Origin: Sphingomonadales bacterium
Lineage (GTDB): Bacteria; Pseudomonadota; Alphaproteobacteria; Sphingomonadales; Sphingomonadaceae
NCBI GenBank assembly: GCA_043782885.1
Contig: JAYVZY010000031.1
Span: forward strand, 1 to 30,922
Direction of reading: 5' to 3'
Length of the DNA: 30,922 nt
Shown here piece after piece: positions 17,290 through 26,574 of the stretch. The translations under genes were made by a program, and so were the position numbers. The number at the start of each line of letters is the position of its first letter. Position 1 is the stretch's first letter. A model generated the notes under the pieces. The model ran no database searches. It saw only the letters and a list, made by a program, of their open reading frames with translations, and had not been told where the DNA came from.

Positions 17290-19716
17290 ATGAAAGCGAA
17301 ACTGATTCTTTTGGCGAGCGTGAGCCTAATGGCCAGCCCGGCATTTGCGCAAAGCGCGCCAGCGCCGACGACTCCGGTCGCTGGAAGGAGCGATACGGGC
17401 CTGGCTGATATTGTGGTGACCGCTACCAAGCGTGAGCAGAATTTGCAAAACGTGCCCGTGGCCGTAACCGCGCTCACATCAGCGGCATTGGCCAGTCAGC
17501 GGATCAACGCATTCGGCGACCTCTCCCGCGCGGCGGCTTCGCTCACCATTACGCAGGCGACGGCCTCACCAAATAATTCCATCATTCTGCGCGGTATTGG
17601 TACCTTCGCTTTCTCGATTGGTGTTGAGCCGAGTGTCGCCGTCCTCGTTGACGATGTGCCTGTGGTGCAACAAGCGCAGGCGTTTGATAACCTTGGCGAT
17701 GTGGAGCGCATTGAAGTGTTGCGCGGGCCGCAGGGCACGCTGTTCGGTAAAAATGCTTCGGCGGGCGCGATCAGTATCGTGACAAAAGACCCTGGCAAAG
17801 CTTCTGAGTTCGCTGGCGAAGTCACCGCGACCACCGATTCGCAATTTGGTGGCAATGCAAGCTTTTCGGCACCATTGAGTAGTGAGGCTGGCATTCGCGT
17901 GAGTGGATATTACAGCAATTTCAAAGGTTATATCCACAACCTCGCCAACGGCCACACGCTGGGCGATGAGACCAAATACGGCATCCGCGCCAAGCTAAAG
18001 GCCCATCTGACGCCACAACTGACCGCCACGCTGAGCGGCAATTATTCGCAGCTTGATCAAAACGGCACGGCAGGTGCGAGCGGCACGCTGCGGTCTATCA
18101 ATCTGAATTATATTCCGGCGGGTTCGGCGGTTGGAACACTGCCCGTGGTGCCAAAATTTGCTGGTGTATCTATTCTCCCCGCGCTGGTTGGCATTACGCC
18201 GGGAGAGGGCAATTACAACGTCAGCCTCGATAATGATTCACCGACATCAAACGCGCAAGCGACCTTCAGTGGCAAGCTGGTATACGATATGGGTTTTGCC
18301 AATCTGACGTCGGTAACGAGCTATCAGGATTGGAAATATAATTTCTCCGCTGATGTTGATGGAACAGCGCTAAACGTTGTTGGTGCCGGTGTGCCGGTGA
18401 CCAACCCGGTCGGCCCTGCAACGGGTGCCAACCAGAGCGGTCCGTATCACTCGACTGAGTTAACGCAAGAATTGCGTCTGACGTCGAAGGGTGGGGCGCC
18501 GTTCTCCTATGTCGCAGGCCTGTTTTATGCGAATGCGGCCACGTCGCGCACGTTCACGCGCGGCCCCGTGTTCGCACCGGCGAACTGGACAGGCTATCAG
18601 GGCACGCGCAGCCTCGCTGCCTTTGCTAATGTGGATTATAAACTGCCCACAAAGACGACACTGAGTGGCGCAATCCGTGTCAATAATGAGCGCGTTCAGG
18701 ACAGTTTCGTCAATCTGCTGCCCAATGCTACGGTTTATAGCGCGGGGCCACCCGTTGTGAACGGTACGTGCGGCGCGGGCAGCACCCTGTGCGCGGGTCG
18801 CAATGTTGATACTGCAGTCACGTTCAAGGCGTCGATCAGTCAAGAACTTGCGCCTCGCGTTTTGGCTTTCGCCAGTGTGGCTACAGGTTATAAGGGTTTT
18901 GCTTACGATATTTCGTCTGGCTATTCCCCGCTGCGGACGGCCGCTCCCGTGTTGCCTGAACATTCGATTTCATATGAACTCGGCATCAAGAGCCGCTTCC
19001 TTGAAAATCGTGTCCAACTCAACGTGACTGGTTTTTTGACCAATTATAACAACTTCCAGGCGCAATCGGCGCAGTTCCTCAACGGTGCTTTGCAGAATAA
19101 GCTCAACAACGTTGGTAAGTTGCGCACACAAGGCGTTGAGGTTGAACTGCTGACCAAGCCAACCTCATGGCTGCATATCGACGGCTCAGCGGCCTATACC
19201 GATGCGAAAATTGTGTCCTTCCCCGGTGCGGCCTGTTATGCAGGTCAGGGCGCAGATCAAGCGTTGGCTGGGACTGCCGCAGTTTACGGTATCAACACCT
19301 GCGGCTTATACACCCCCCCGGGTGCGGCAGCTGCGGCCAATTTCCAAGATCGGTCTGGAAACCAACTTCCCAACTCGCCAAAATTCAAGTTCAACATTGG
19401 TGCTACGGTTGATCAGGATTTGGGCGGCAACTTTAAGGGCAGCTTTGGTCTGAATTATCAACACCAGAGCGGCGTCAGTTTCGATCTGCTTGGTGATCCG
19501 CTTCTCGTGCAGAGTGCTTATGGTATTCTCAACGGCACTATCGGTATTGAACACGGCCCACTCAAGGTGACCGCATTTGTGAACAACATCTTCGATCAGC
19601 ACTACGTTGCGGGGCTTGGTGATTCATTCGGCACCTATGGCACCCACGCGGTTTACCAATTTCAACCGCGTGACTCACAGCGTTACTTCGGATTAAAAAT
19701 CGGCATTCACTTCTAG
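17290..19716 (+). CDS. TonB-dependent receptor
   Basis: Signal peptide, TonB box DIVVTATKRE, plug motif IEVLRGPQGTLFGKN, beta-barrel, terminal aromatic residue (GIHF); RBS GGAGAGG before ATG 17290. Confidence 0.95.
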   Translation: MKAKLILLASVSLMASPAFAQSAPAPTTPVAGRSDTGLADIVVTATKREQNLQNVPVAVTALTSAALASQRINAFGDLSRAAASLTITQATASPNNSIILRGIGTFAFSIGVEPSVAVLVDDVPVVQQAQAFDNLGDVERIEVLRGPQGTLFGKNASAGAISIVTKDPGKASEFAGEVTATTDSQFGGNASFSAPLSSEAGIRVSGYYSNFKGYIHNLANGHTLGDETKYGIRAKLKAHLTPQLTATLSGNYSQLDQNGTAGASGTLRSINLNYIPAGSAVGTLPVVPKFAGVSILPALVGITPGEGNYNVSLDNDSPTSNAQATFSGKLVYDMGFANLTSVTSYQDWKYNFSADVDGTALNVVGAGVPVTNPVGPATGANQSGPYHSTELTQELRLTSKGGAPFSYVAGLFYANAATSRTFTRGPVFAPANWTGYQGTRSLAAFANVDYKLPTKTTLSGAIRVNNERVQDSFVNLLPNATVYSAGPPVVNGTCGAGSTLCAGRNVDTAVTFKASISQELAPRVLAFASVATGYKGFAYDISSGYSPLRTAAPVLPEHSISYELGIKSRFLENRVQLNVTGFLTNYNNFQAQSAQFLNGALQNKLNNVGKLRTQGVEVELLTKPTSWLHIDGSAAYTDAKIVSFPGAACYAGQGADQALAGTAAVYGINTCGLYTPPGAAAAANFQDRSGNQLPNSPKFKFNIGATVDQDLGGNFKGSFGLNYQHQSGVSFDLLGDPLLVQSAYGILNGTIGIEHGPLKVTAFVNNIFDQHYVAGLGDSFGTYGTHAVYQFQPRDSQRYFGLKIGIHF

Positions 19717-19741
19717 GTTCTCCCTGAACCCTAGGCACTCT

Positions 19742-19772
19742 GGCCGGGCGGAGCAATCTGCCCGGCCTTTTT
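19742..19772 (+). terminator. Intrinsic terminator after the TonB receptor
   Basis: 11-bp stem GGCCGGGCGGA/TCTGCCCGGCC with GCAA tetraloop, followed by T5. Confidence 0.88.
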
Positions 19773-19788
19773 CTTCGGGATCAACCGT

Positions 19789-20709
19789 TCAAAGCGGAAC
19801 GTAGGGTGCGTAGGTTGTTCGCGGCGGTATTGCCCCCGGATGCATGACCACCCATCCGGCGAGGCGATGCCCCTGCATTGCCGCGTCTGCGACGTTCGCC
19901 CCAGAGAGCCGTGCGCCAAGATAGCCGCCATTGAATGCATCGCCTGCCCCGCTCGTGTCTAGGGGTGATAGCACGCGCGGTGGCGCAATAATCTGCCCGT
20001 TGGGTAGGCGGCAGCCGTTTGCACCGAGCTTTACCAATGTCTCATCGCATCCCAGCCCCTGCCAGTGTGCCGCTACGGCGACGGCAGAGCGTGCGCCAGC
20101 GAGCAAGGCCTCATCCTCAAGCGTCGGCAGCCCAATATCTGCACATGCGAGCGCCGCGTCTCGTGCTGCGATGGCTTCCGCTGGCGCGGCCCAGAGGCGC
20201 GGGCGGTAATTGCCATCGAACACGATTTTCCCACCAGAGCCACGCACGTGCTTGCACAGCGCGAACAGCTTCTCGCGGGCAGTGGGCGCAAGAATAGCGA
20301 GGGTGATGAGTGAATATGCGATCACATCTGCTTGGGCTACTTCTGCCACAGCTGCTTCACTCCCGCTCAAATCAAACATCTGTCGCGCCGCACTGTCCGA
20401 GCGCCAATAGGCAAAGTTGCGTTCGCCGTGTGCATCGGTGGAAATGGCGTAAAGTCCGGTGGTGCGCAGCGGGTCAGTCAGCACCAGCGATGTGTCGATT
20501 CCTTCCGCCCGCCACCGCGTCTTCAAATCGTCGCTAAATGGATCCGCACCCAGAGCGGTAAAGTAAGCAACATCATGCCCCGATCGCGCCATGTGGATTG
20601 CGGTATTGAGCGTATCGCCACCATAACCCATCCGCCAAATGTTGGCGTCATTGATCCCCTGCGGCCGAGATAACTCCAGCATTGCCTCACCGATAAAGAC
20701 TATCCGCAC
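19789..20709 (-). CDS. kdgK: PfkB-family sugar kinase, 2-keto-3-deoxygluconate kinase
   Basis: IGEAMLEL, GGDTLNTA, F.YWRSDSAAR, FDGNYRPRLW and DTSGAGDAFNGG. True start placed at GTG 20709; the longer ORF call overlaps manD. Confidence 0.85.
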   Translation of the reverse strand: MRIVFIGEAMLELSRPQGINDANIWRMGYGGDTLNTAIHMARSGHDVAYFTALGADPFSDDLKTRWRAEGIDTSLVLTDPLRTTGLYAISTDAHGERNFAYWRSDSAARQMFDLSGSEAAVAEVAQADVIAYSLITLAILAPTAREKLFALCKHVRGSGGKIVFDGNYRPRLWAAPAEAIAARDAALACADIGLPTLEDEALLAGARSAVAVAAHWQGLGCDETLVKLGANGCRLPNGQIIAPPRVLSPLDTSGAGDAFNGGYLGARLSGANVADAAMQGHRLAGWVVMHPGAIPPRTTYAPYVPL

Positions 20710-20728
20710 CTGCTGACCTGTCCCACTT

Positions 20729-21937
20729 TCACCAATTCCACATCGTGCCATCTTCCAGCCGCGCGACGGGGAGATAGGCGGGCTTATACGGGTATTTCGC
20801 TGCCAGAGCTTCATCAATGTCCACGCCGTGTCCCGGTTTTTCGCCGCAGAACAATTCGCCCTTGTCAAACCGATAGTCGTGCGGGAAGACCGAGTCGGTT
20901 TCGGGCGTGTGGCGCATATATTCCTGAATACCGAAATTGGGCACCCATGTGTCGAAATGCAGCGCGCAGCCCATCGTGACTGGCGACAGATCAGTTGCAC
21001 CGTGGCAGCCGGTACGCACCTGATACAGCGCCGCAAAATCAGCGATCCGCCGCATATGCGTAATGCCGCCCGCACCAACGATGGTGCAACGGATATAGTC
21101 GATCAACTGGTTCTGGATCAGATCTTTGCAATCCCAGATCGTGTTAAAAATCTCGCCCACCGCGAGCGGCGTTACGGTGTGCTGGCGCACTAATTTGAAT
21201 GCCTCTTGGTTTTCAGCTGGAGTGCAATCTTCCAACCAGAAAAGCTGGTAAGGCTCCAGCATCTTGCCGAGATTGGCGGCTTCTTGCGGCGTGTAACGGT
21301 GGTGACCGTCGTGCAGCAAATGGTGATCGAAGCCGTAGGTCTCACGCAGCTTCTCAAACAGCTTTGGAACGGTGTTGAGCGCTTTGCGCGTGTCCCATCC
21401 GGTCACAGATGGCAGTGCGGCGTCAGCAGGTTCATAGAACAGTTTGCCACGGCCCACGCCATAGGCATCTTTGATTCCGGGCACGCCCGTTTGCGCGCGG
21501 ATCGCCTTATATCCCATGTCGATATACTGACCGACGGCCTCGACTGTCTCGGATATGTCGCTGCCATTGGCATGGCCGTAGACCATGATGCCATCGCGCG
21601 ATCGCCCGCCGAGAAGATCGTAAAGCGGCATTCCGGCCATTTTCGCCTTGATGTCCCAGAGTGCCATATCGACGGCAGCGATGGCGCGCATCGTCACCGG
21701 CCCACGCCGCCAATAGGCCCCACGATAAAGATACTGCCAGATGTCCTCAATGCGGCGCGGATCCATGCCAATCAGGCACGGAATGACATGACCTTCGAGA
21801 TAGGACACGATCGAGAGTTCGCGCCCGTTGAGTGTCGCATCGCCAATGCCATAGACACCCTGATCCGTCTCGATCTTCAGTGTCACGAAATTGCGCCCCG
21901 GGCAGGTCACGATCACTTTGGCGGAATGAATGCGCAT
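20729..21937 (-). CDS. manD: D-mannonate dehydratase, enolase superfamily (ManD/RspA)
   Basis: [20 protein letters not shown]147, Y159, D210/H212, E236, E262, CHGATD (A314) and EDGTMWNW; closely resembles Novosphingobium ManD as I recall it. Confidence 0.95.
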   Translation of the reverse strand: MRIHSAKVIVTCPGRNFVTLKIETDQGVYGIGDATLNGRELSIVSYLEGHVIPCLIGMDPRRIEDIWQYLYRGAYWRRGPVTMRAIAAVDMALWDIKAKMAGMPLYDLLGGRSRDGIMVYGHANGSDISETVEAVGQYIDMGYKAIRAQTGVPGIKDAYGVGRGKLFYEPADAALPSVTGWDTRKALNTVPKLFEKLRETYGFDHHLLHDGHHRYTPQEAANLGKMLEPYQLFWLEDCTPAENQEAFKLVRQHTVTPLAVGEIFNTIWDCKDLIQNQLIDYIRCTIVGAGGITHMRRIADFAALYQVRTGCHGATDLSPVTMGCALHFDTWVPNFGIQEYMRHTPETDSVFPHDYRFDKGELFCGEKPGHGVDIDEALAAKYPYKPAYLPVARLEDGTMWNW

Positions 21938-21977
21938 CGTGGCAAGAGTCCTTTTGTTCAGTTCGATGGAACAGCGC

Positions 21978-22026
21978 TTGACCGCATGCCCGATTCCGAT
22001 TATAAATTGGTCAGGCCAAAATGCAA
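21978..22026. promoter_or_regulatory. Overlapping divergent sigma70 promoters (gntR and manD) sharing operator O3
   Basis: Plus strand TTGACC(21978)-N17-TATAAA(22001); minus strand TTGCAT(22026)-N16-TATAAT(22004-21999); operator TTGGTCAGGCCAA at 22007-22019 is the exact reverse complement of O1. Confidence 0.75.
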
Positions 22027-22037
22027 GAGATTGTTAA

Positions 22038-22820
22038 ATGTCATCCGAAAAAAATGCTGCAAAAATTGAAATCGCCAGTGGATCGCAAGATCGGCTTTAC
22101 CAAGAGTTGGCACGCAGCCTGATTGGCGAGCTGAGTTCGGGGCGTTATGCTGTGGGGGATCGGCTCCCCGCCGAGCGCGAGCTGGCCGTGGACTATAACG
22201 TCAGTCGCCCCACCGTGCGCGAGGCGGTAATCGCGCTAGAGGTGCAAGGCTTGGTCGAAGTGCGTGTGGGTTCCGGTGCCTATGTAAAACGCATTCCCGG
22301 CAACAACGATACACCGGGCTTCAATGTGACCGCGTTCGAGCTCACAGAAGCGCGGTTGTTGATTGAGGGGGAAGCTGCGGCATTGGCGGCAACGCAGATC
22401 ACGGTGGCAGAGCTCGCCACGCTTGAAACGCTGATCGAGGATATTGCAACCGAGAATCAGACACAAGGCGGACAAGAAGAAGCAGATCGAGCCTTTCACT
22501 TGGCCATCGCACACGCCACGCGCAACACCGCACTCTATAATTCGATCGAAGAATTGTGGCGCTTGCGCAAAACCTCTCCCGAAAGTGCGCTGCTGCATGA
22601 GAAGGCGCGCACGGCCAATGTAAAGCCGGTGGTAGATGAGCATTCGGCCATTTTGGAGGCGTTGCGCGCGCATGATCCCGCCAAAGCCCGTGCCGCGATG
22701 CGCACCCACCTCAGCGCGGTGATCGAAAGCCTATTGTTCGCGACCGAAGAGGCGGCGATTGCAGAGGCGCGGAAGGCCGCCAATGCCAAACGAGCGCGCT
22801 ATGCGCGGGCGACCGCGTGA
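22038..22820 (+). CDS. GntR/FadR-family transcriptional regulator (UxuR/ExuR-like role)
   Basis: wHTH GDRLPAERELA...VSRPTVREA...GSGAYV and FCD domain (ADRAFHLAIA, EHSAIL, AMRTHL). Confidence 0.93.
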   Translation: MSSEKNAAKIEIASGSQDRLYQELARSLIGELSSGRYAVGDRLPAERELAVDYNVSRPTVREAVIALEVQGLVEVRVGSGAYVKRIPGNNDTPGFNVTAFELTEARLLIEGEAAALAATQITVAELATLETLIEDIATENQTQGGQEEADRAFHLAIAHATRNTALYNSIEELWRLRKTSPESALLHEKARTANVKPVVDEHSAILEALRAHDPAKARAAMRTHLSAVIESLLFATEEAAIAEARKAANAKRARYARATA

Positions 22821-23794
22821 TGCTCACGCGAAGATATCTTATCGGTTCGGTCGGCCTTTCGGGCTTGGTTCTCTCCGCAGTGGCACGCGCTGCGGATCCT
22901 TTGCGCGAGGCGACAATATTTGAGCGCGTCATGCTCTGGCCCAACGGCGCGCCGGAACCAGTTCCCCATGGGTTGACGCAGGCGTTTGTAGAGCGATCAC
23001 CTGCACCAGATACAGTCAAGGATCGCGCCTTAAAAGGAGTTACGGAGCCGTTTATGGATGCGTATCGCCCACCCCAATCGAACGGCGCGGCGCTTTTGAT
23101 CATGCCCGGCGGCGGCTATCGGCGTATGGTGTGGGACAAAGAGGGCATTGATATCGCGAGCTGGTTTATGTCGCGCGGTGTGACCTGCTTCATCCTCGGA
23201 TATCGCCTACCACCGGAAGGATGGGCGTCCGGTGCTGATGCACCGCTCGCTGACGCCCAGCGGGCCATGCGGCTCATCCGGCGAGATGCAAAAAAATGGG
23301 GTATTGATCCGTCGCGGATTGCGGCAATCGGGTTTTCGGCTGGCGGACATCTGTGTGCAAATCTTGCAGCGCAGTTTGATCGACTCGCCGCGCCGCACAT
23401 TGATGCAGCGGATGCGCTCACAGCGCGCCCCTGTTTTGCGGCGCTAATTTATCCGGCAATCTTGCTTGAGTCACTTAACGGTGCTTTTCCAGCTGGTGAA
23501 ACTCTGTTCGGCAAAAATAGACCAGTTGCAGAGCTGGTGCAACACAGTCCACATCTGCATGTGCCCGATACTGCGCCACCCCATATTATGATACAGGCGG
23601 AAGACGACCCCACCGTGGCACCGGACAATGTTCTGGCGCTTCGATCCGCGCTCAAAGCTAAGAAAATCGTCGTTGAAACGCATATGTTTGAAAAAGGCGG
23701 GCATGGCTTTGGCATTCGCTTCACCACCAATCTCCCTGTTGCTGATTGGCCGCAACGGGTGCTCTCTTTTGGCCAAAATCATGGATGGCTTTGA
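22820..23794 (+). CDS. Tat-exported alpha/beta hydrolase, carbohydrate esterase-like
   Basis: Twin-arginine signal LTRRYLIG, PGGGY oxyanion motif, GFSAGG nucleophile, DPTV and GGHGF catalytic Asp/His; TGATG coupling to gntR. Confidence 0.85.
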   Translation: MLTRRYLIGSVGLSGLVLSAVARAADPLREATIFERVMLWPNGAPEPVPHGLTQAFVERSPAPDTVKDRALKGVTEPFMDAYRPPQSNGAALLIMPGGGYRRMVWDKEGIDIASWFMSRGVTCFILGYRLPPEGWASGADAPLADAQRAMRLIRRDAKKWGIDPSRIAAIGFSAGGHLCANLAAQFDRLAAPHIDAADALTARPCFAALIYPAILLESLNGAFPAGETLFGKNRPVAELVQHSPHLHVPDTAPPHIMIQAEDDPTVAPDNVLALRSALKAKKIVVETHMFEKGGHGFGIRFTTNLPVADWPQRVLSFGQNHGWL

Positions 23795-25195
23795 ATGACA
23801 CGCCAGTTATCGCTCCACCCCGATCGGCTATTTCCTGCGGAACCATCTACGCGCGCCATTACCCGGCGGCTGTATGCCGAGGTGGCAGCGTTGCCGATTG
23901 TCAGCCCGCACGGCCATACTGATCCTGAATGGTTCGCGACGAACGCAAGCTTTGGCAATGCCTACGAACTGCTGTTGAAGCCCGATCATTATGTGTTTCG
24001 GATGCTCTATTCGCAGGGTGTGCCGCTGGAGGCGCTGGGCATTGGCAAGTATACGGTTGATCCGCGCGCAGCTTGGAAACTGTTGGCGGAACGCTATCAT
24101 TTGTTCAGGGGCACGCCTTCGCGGATGTGGCTAGATTGGGTGTTTGCCGAGGGCTTTGGGCTGGATGTGCAGTTTGATGCGACGACGGCAGATCATTATT
24201 ACGATGTGATCACCGAAAAATTGGCGACCGCTGCCTATAAACCCCGCGCGCTGTTTGAGCGGTTCAACATCGAGGTGATCGCAACGACGGAGTCGCCGAT
24301 TGATGATCTCCGGCATCATGCAGCAATCAAAAGCAGTGAATGGCGCGGCAAAGTGATCACAGCCTACCGCCCTGATCCCGTGGTTGACCCTGAGTTTGAG
24401 GGATTCTTGGATAATCTCAAAACCCTGTCCACTCTGACGGGCGAAGACAGCTTCTCGTGGCAGGGCTATCTCGCCGCGCATCGCAAGCGGCGGGCGTTTT
24501 TCGCCACGATGGGCGCAACCTCAACCGATCACGGCCACCCGACCGCGCTGACGGCTGACCTTTCCGCGACCGAGGCTGAGGCGCTGTTCAAACGCGTCAC
24601 GTCAGGCGCGCCAACAGCCCAAGACGCCGAGCTGTTCCGCGCGCAGATGCTTACCGAAATGGCGGGGATGAGTCTGGAAGACGGACTGGTGATGCAAATT
24701 CATCCCGGCTCTTTCCGCAACCATAACGCACAGGTATTCGCCACATTCGGGCGTGACAAAGGCGCGGATATTCCCACAGAGACGGGCTATGTGCATGAAC
24801 TTCGGCCACTACTCAACCGCTACGGCAATGCGGCGGGGCTGACGATCATCCTCTTCACACTCGATGAAACCGCCTATGCGCGCGAACTGGCACCGCTGGC
24901 GGGGCACTACCCTGCGCTCAAGCTCGGCCCGGCATGGTGGTTCCATGACTCGCCAGAAGGGATGCGCCGATTCCGGCTGAACATGACGGAGACGGCAGGT
25001 TTCTATAATACCGTGGGCTTTAATGATGACACGCGCGCCTTCATGTCCATCCCCGCGCGGCACGATATGGCGCGGCGGATCGATTGTGGGTTCCTTGCGG
25101 GACTGGTGGCCGAGCATCGGCTGGAAGAATGGGAAGCAGCGGAATTGGCAGTTGATCTGAGCTATGGATTGGCAAAGCGGGCGTATCGGTTGTGA
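23795..25195 (+). CDS. uxaC: Glucuronate isomerase
   Basis: SPHGHTDP, PDHYVFRML, TDHGH, MQIHPG, GPAWWFHDS, FNDDTRAF and ARHDMARR. Confidence 0.96.
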   Translation: MTRQLSLHPDRLFPAEPSTRAITRRLYAEVAALPIVSPHGHTDPEWFATNASFGNAYELLLKPDHYVFRMLYSQGVPLEALGIGKYTVDPRAAWKLLAERYHLFRGTPSRMWLDWVFAEGFGLDVQFDATTADHYYDVITEKLATAAYKPRALFERFNIEVIATTESPIDDLRHHAAIKSSEWRGKVITAYRPDPVVDPEFEGFLDNLKTLSTLTGEDSFSWQGYLAAHRKRRAFFATMGATSTDHGHPTALTADLSATEAEALFKRVTSGAPTAQDAELFRAQMLTEMAGMSLEDGLVMQIHPGSFRNHNAQVFATFGRDKGADIPTETGYVHELRPLLNRYGNAAGLTIILFTLDETAYARELAPLAGHYPALKLGPAWWFHDSPEGMRRFRLNMTETAGFYNTVGFNDDTRAFMSIPARHDMARRIDCGFLAGLVAEHRLEEWEAAELAVDLSYGLAKRAYRL

Positions 25196-26574
25196 GATTG
25201 TCGTCGGATACGTTAGCGCATGTTCTCGCCGACGTCGCCCACCCCCAATACGACCGCGCCTCCCAGAAGGTGGGCATTGTCCATTTCGGCATCGGCGCGT
25301 TCCATCGCGCGCATCAGGCCTGCTATACCGATGCGGCGATGAATGCGGGAGAGAGAGATTGGGGCATCATTGGAGTCTCGCTGCGTTCACCAGATGTCGC
25401 TGGACAGATGAACCCGCAGGATGGTCTTTATACGGTCACCGAGCGGAGCGGGAGCGGGGTGGCCCTCAGGATCATCGGCAGCGTTCAACGCGTCCTGGTG
25501 GCCTCCCAGGAGCCTTCAGGGGTGGTTGCTGCTCTTGCATCACCTAACACGCACATCGTCAGCTTTACGGTGACGGAAAAGGGCTATTGTCGTGCCGCGA
25601 ATGGGTCGTTAGATATGCGGCTTGCGGGTGTGGGCAGCGCCTATGCCTTTCTCGCCGCCGGCTTTGCCAAGCGCAAGGCAGCGGGGTTGTGCGGCCTTAC
25701 GCTCCTCAGTTGTGACAATCTGGCCAATAACGGCGCGCAGCTTGAGCGGTTGACAACCGAATATCTGGAACACGAAGCCCCCAATCTCCTCGAGTGGTTC
25801 GCCGAAGAATGCACGTGTCCTTCGACGATGGTGGATCGCATCGTCCCCGCCACAACATCGGAAGACCGTACCGCGCTTGCCGCCGCCCTCGGCATCACCG
25901 ATGATGCCGCCGTCGTGACGGAACCCTTCAGCCAATGGGTGATCGAAGACAAATTTGCCGGCCCGCGTCCGAGTTGGGAAGTCGGCGGCGCGCAGTTCAC
26001 GTCCGATGTTGCGCCGTTTGAAACCGCGAAATTGCGTATGCTCAACGGTGCGCATTCGGCGCTGGCCTATCTCGGGTTAGAACGGGGGCACACTTACGTT
26101 CACCAAGCCATTGCCGATCCGGCGCTGCGTCCCCTGATCGAAACGCTGATGCGCGACGAGGCCGCCACCAGCTTCACTCCCGCAAATGGGCAAGATTTGG
26201 CGAGCTATCAATCCGCCCTGCTCACCCGCTTCGCCAACCCCGCGCTCAATCACAAGCTCATCCAAATCGCGATGGATGGCAGCCAGAAAATTCCGCAGCG
26301 CTGGCTAGAGACGCTCAGCTTTCACCAGCGCAATCACCGCCAATGCCCCATGATCCACCGCGCACTCGCCGCGTGGATCAGGCATGTGCGCGGCAATGGC
26401 GCGCCGGTGAACGACCCGATGGCCGCGCCACTCGCGGCGCTCTGGGCAGAAGCGGGACAGGCTGGCATCGTCGAGGCGCTGTTTGGCGCGCGCGGCATGT
26501 TTTGCGCGCATTATGTTGCGAACGAGGACGCAAAAGCGCTCCTTCAACAATGGGTGAATGGGCAGGATGTATGA
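25192..26574 (+). CDS. uxuB: D-mannonate oxidoreductase (mannitol dehydrogenase family)
   Basis: HFGIGAFHRAHQ, TVTEKGY, LSCDNL, MVDRIVP, EPFSQWVIED, KLRMLNGAHS and DGSQKIPQR; GTGA overlap with uxaC. Confidence 0.9.
   Translation: MRLSSDTLAHVLADVAHPQYDRASQKVGIVHFGIGAFHRAHQACYTDAAMNAGERDWGIIGVSLRSPDVAGQMNPQDGLYTVTERSGSGVALRIIGSVQRVLVASQEPSGVVAALASPNTHIVSFTVTEKGYCRAANGSLDMRLAGVGSAYAFLAAGFAKRKAAGLCGLTLLSCDNLANNGAQLERLTTEYLEHEAPNLLEWFAEECTCPSTMVDRIVPATTSEDRTALAAALGITDDAAVVTEPFSQWVIEDKFAGPRPSWEVGGAQFTSDVAPFETAKLRMLNGAHSALAYLGLERGHTYVHQAIADPALRPLIETLMRDEAATSFTPANGQDLASYQSALLTRFANPALNHKLIQIAMDGSQKIPQRWLETLSFHQRNHRQCPMIHRALAAWIRHVRGNGAPVNDPMAAPLAALWAEAGQAGIVEALFGARGMFCAHYVANEDAKALLQQWVNGQDV

Noticed and set aside
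20710-21078. N-terminal 120 aa of the 429-aa kinase ORF
   Set aside because: It overlaps manD in another frame; PfkB similarity starts at VRIVFIGE (20709).
21206-22069. 287-aa plus-strand ORF
   Set aside because: Antisense shadow of manD that also crosses the divergent promoter.
26343-26570. N-terminal extension of the MFS ORF
   Set aside because: It overlaps uxuB; the ATGA junction at 26571 gives a normal ExuT start.
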